A stretch of 63,972 nt of DNA, counting the filler, from Gonapodya sp. JEL0774 (taxonomy: Eukaryota): assembly GCA_027604505.1 (NCBI GenBank). It is 4 parts of 4 records of this genome, joined end to end, with 100 filler letters (N's around TTAATTAATTAA, not from the genome) between each part and the next. Parts side by side here need not be neighbours in the genome. Positions count along the whole stretch, not along the records: positions 52,582 to 63,972 come from JADIIX010000360.1; 3 more parts are not named here. The stretch is one strand, 5' to 3'. Both the position numbers and the translations under genes were made by a program. The notes under the pieces are model-generated. The model saw only the letters and a list, made by a program, of their open reading frames with translations, was not told where the DNA came from and did not search any database. Positions 61,853 through 63,972 of this stretch are shown here, one piece after another. The first letter of the stretch is position 1. Each line of letters begins with the position of its first letter.

Positions 61853-63136
61853 ATGCCCTCTGTTCCAACTCTTCCTTGGAGACGCTGGCTCCCACAACGC
61901 AAGAAGCACTCACTCTCAAAGCCCTCGCCTTTTCTGGCGCTCCCACTCGAAATTCTGCTCCTGATTCTGCAACACATCGAGTCGAGTTGGGCTCAAGGTC
62001 GCTTCCGACTCGGTCTCCCAGTCGCACTCATATCACGGGACATTCTACCGATCCTTCGTGATCCGGGTGCCATTGCCGATCGCGCCATTCGGCGTTTTGG
62101 AAACCCCCCTGGTGCTTTCATCAACGAGTGTTTCCGATTTCCCCAAATCGACCAACCTGTGATTGCAGCCATTGCAGTACGTGGCAACCAGGACTCTTTC
62201 CATATTGTTGGTCACCGTGATTGGGAGAAATGGGAGAGGATGGTTAATCACATCACACGTTTCAGTGGACTTTCAGTACTGAGGGATGCATTGCTGGTCC
62301 TTGCTTCAAGCGGAATAGTACCTAAGTACTCTTTTGGACCATATGATTCTATTTGGAGGGCTTTCCTTTCCCCGAATGACACGTACGTCCTTCAAGCGGT
62401 CCTCAGAAGCAATTCTTTCCGCTCATGGCGAGTCTTATTAGGACCTTTCAAAGAGGCCTGTGTGGATATGAAGAACTTGGTAGCTGCTGAGTTGCTTCTG
62501 GACAAAATGCTGGAGGGATATCATATTTCTGATCTTACCAACGACAGTGGATTCATCCACACAGTCTATGAGATCCTGGTTGTGTATCAACCCTCCAGTC
62601 GAGGCACCCAACCTCACCAGCAATACAAAAAAGAAAGAGCGTTCTATCTTTCCCTGACCGAACTTCTCATCAGCCGACAACTCCTATGTCCATCTGTCCG
62701 AGTACAGGGCTTAATGGGCTCAGGGTACGGGGGTTTGCATAATCCAACGCTATTTGAGGGCGCCTGCAGACGCCGTCATTTTGATTTGGTGAGAGCTCTC
62801 TTGAATATTGGTGTTCAGGACTGGAGATATGCATTGGTATTGGCAGCAATGTCGGATTGTGAAGAAATGGTGGAACATCTTGTTTCTCATGGTGAATCAG
62901 ACATAGCCTATGTCCTTCGTACTGCAAGAGGAACTTATGAGTGCTGTATATCTGCCCCGGTGGTTTGGGCCTTGTTGAAGGGTGTCAATGACAGAAACAG
63001 GGAGGATGTGAACAAAGTGTTGGACAATTATGTGAAATGGACAGCGTCACCATACCTGTGGACCACGATTAAATACTGGCGGCTGTTGGATCTGGCAAAG
63101 AGACTCCGAGCCAAGCCCGAAGAGCTCGATCAATAG
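61853..63136 (+). CDS. F-box + degenerate ankyrin-repeat protein, intronless
   Basis: FLALPLEILLLILQHI; LFEGACRRRHFDLVRALLNIG; ALVLAAMSDCEEMVEHLVSHG. Confidence 0.75.
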   Translation: MPSVPTLPWRRWLPQRKKHSLSKPSPFLALPLEILLLILQHIESSWAQGRFRLGLPVALISRDILPILRDPGAIADRAIRRFGNPPGAFINECFRFPQIDQPVIAAIAVRGNQDSFHIVGHRDWEKWERMVNHITRFSGLSVLRDALLVLASSGIVPKYSFGPYDSIWRAFLSPNDTYVLQAVLRSNSFRSWRVLLGPFKEACVDMKNLVAAELLLDKMLEGYHISDLTNDSGFIHTVYEILVVYQPSSRGTQPHQQYKKERAFYLSLTELLISRQLLCPSVRVQGLMGSGYGGLHNPTLFEGACRRRHFDLVRALLNIGVQDWRYALVLAAMSDCEEMVEHLVSHGESDIAYVLRTARGTYECCISAPVVWALLKGVNDRNREDVNKVLDNYVKWTASPYLWTTIKYWRLLDLAKRLRAKPEELDQ

Positions 63137-63420
63137 GGGAGGTGGGACAATAAATTGCGGGACATGACGTCTGATCTGCTATTATCTGAGTGTACTCGAG
63201 TGCGTTATGCGATTCTTTTAGTGTACGTAGTGCTTTGCGCTTTGGACTTTCGAGTTATATTATATGTTGCAAGTTCTCGCCGAGAGTCAGGTCAACTCGC
63301 GGATATTAATATATTATTCTCACATCGCAAGCAGTTTGACTCTTCTATCCAAAAGAATTGAAGTCAAGCGCAGAATCAAATTTCGCGGATCTCCCCCTGA
63401 ACGTGTGAAACCTCAACTGA

Positions 63421-63972
63421 ATGTGGATCAACCTCTCGACTTTCATTTCCGCGGTTCACTCGACTTACTGGGATCCTCCTGTCGATGATCCCTCACCACG
63501 CTCGATCTCTATCAAGGGTAACGAGGGCTGCAACTCAGATATCTCAAAATTCAGTATCTGCGAACTCCCGACTGAAGTTATCCTCGCTCTTGGCAAATAC
63601 CTGCCCTCCCGCCTGGGACTTCCCACACAATCCCTCAACACACGACTGCTCCCCATCTTCCGAGCTCCGTCCAGCATAGCTATTCGAGCACTCGCACACT
63701 ACCAGGATCCACTGGAAGCGTTGGTCTGTGAAGCGGGCCGATCGGATCTTGGGGCGTGTTCTGTCGTCGCGGCGATCTGCTCCTTGACATTGACCAAATG
63801 GAATGTGGGGATCCTCAACTCTCATTCAAAAGCCACCAAAGAGACGCCTCTCTCGGCTGCCGCCATGGGTGGAAATTCTCAGGTCGTGCGGACTCTGCTC
63901 CAGCTGGGAGCTGATGTTGATGCATGCTTCGGCCGGGCTCTCGCTGCAGCTGCGGTAGAAGGCCACTTGGAT
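63421..63972 (+). CDS. F-box-like + ankyrin-repeat protein, 3'-truncated by window end (absent from the ORF track)
   Basis: Open frame from ATG 63421: ICELPTEVILALGKYL; ETPLSAAAMGGNSQVVRTLLQLGADV; ALAAAAVEGHLD. Confidence 0.8.
   Translation, partial: MWINLSTFISAVHSTYWDPPVDDPSPRSISIKGNEGCNSDISKFSICELPTEVILALGKYLPSRLGLPTQSLNTRLLPIFRAPSSIAIRALAHYQDPLEALVCEAGRSDLGACSVVAAICSLTLTKWNVGILNSHSKATKETPLSAAAMGGNSQVVRTLLQLGADVDACFGRALAAAAVEGHLD

Overview
Intron-rich fungal genomic DNA with short GT-AG introns. The gene content and style suggest an early-diverging, chytrid-like lineage such as Monoblepharidomycota; this is inference only. Three artificial N44-TTAATTAATTAA-N44 linkers split the window into four contigs. 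Conserved genes: PNS1/CTL-like, C9orf85/DUF2039-like, REI1, PHOSPHO-like HAD phosphatase, CK2 beta and a CLC transporter. Four tandem paralog pairs: MFS DHA2, SLC6/NSS, membrane-anchored polyproline-DPBB and F-box/ankyrin. There are also degenerate hAT and copia remnants. Most notable: (1) a five-exon class A beta-lactamase-fold gene (SxxK, SDN, KGG; no obvious Glu166) that looks like a domesticated bacterial transfer; (2) two paralogous single-pass receptors sharing a PHW-SH3 cytoplasmic module, one with a plant-type LRR ectodomain; (3) DPBB proteins whose pure-polyproline stalks are built from symmetric phase-1 microexons, with orphan stalk exons downstream; (4) an alpha/beta-hydrolase lacking both its catalytic Ser and His; (5) 6-9 nt microexons needed to restore conserved motifs. 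All gene models were spliced by eye.
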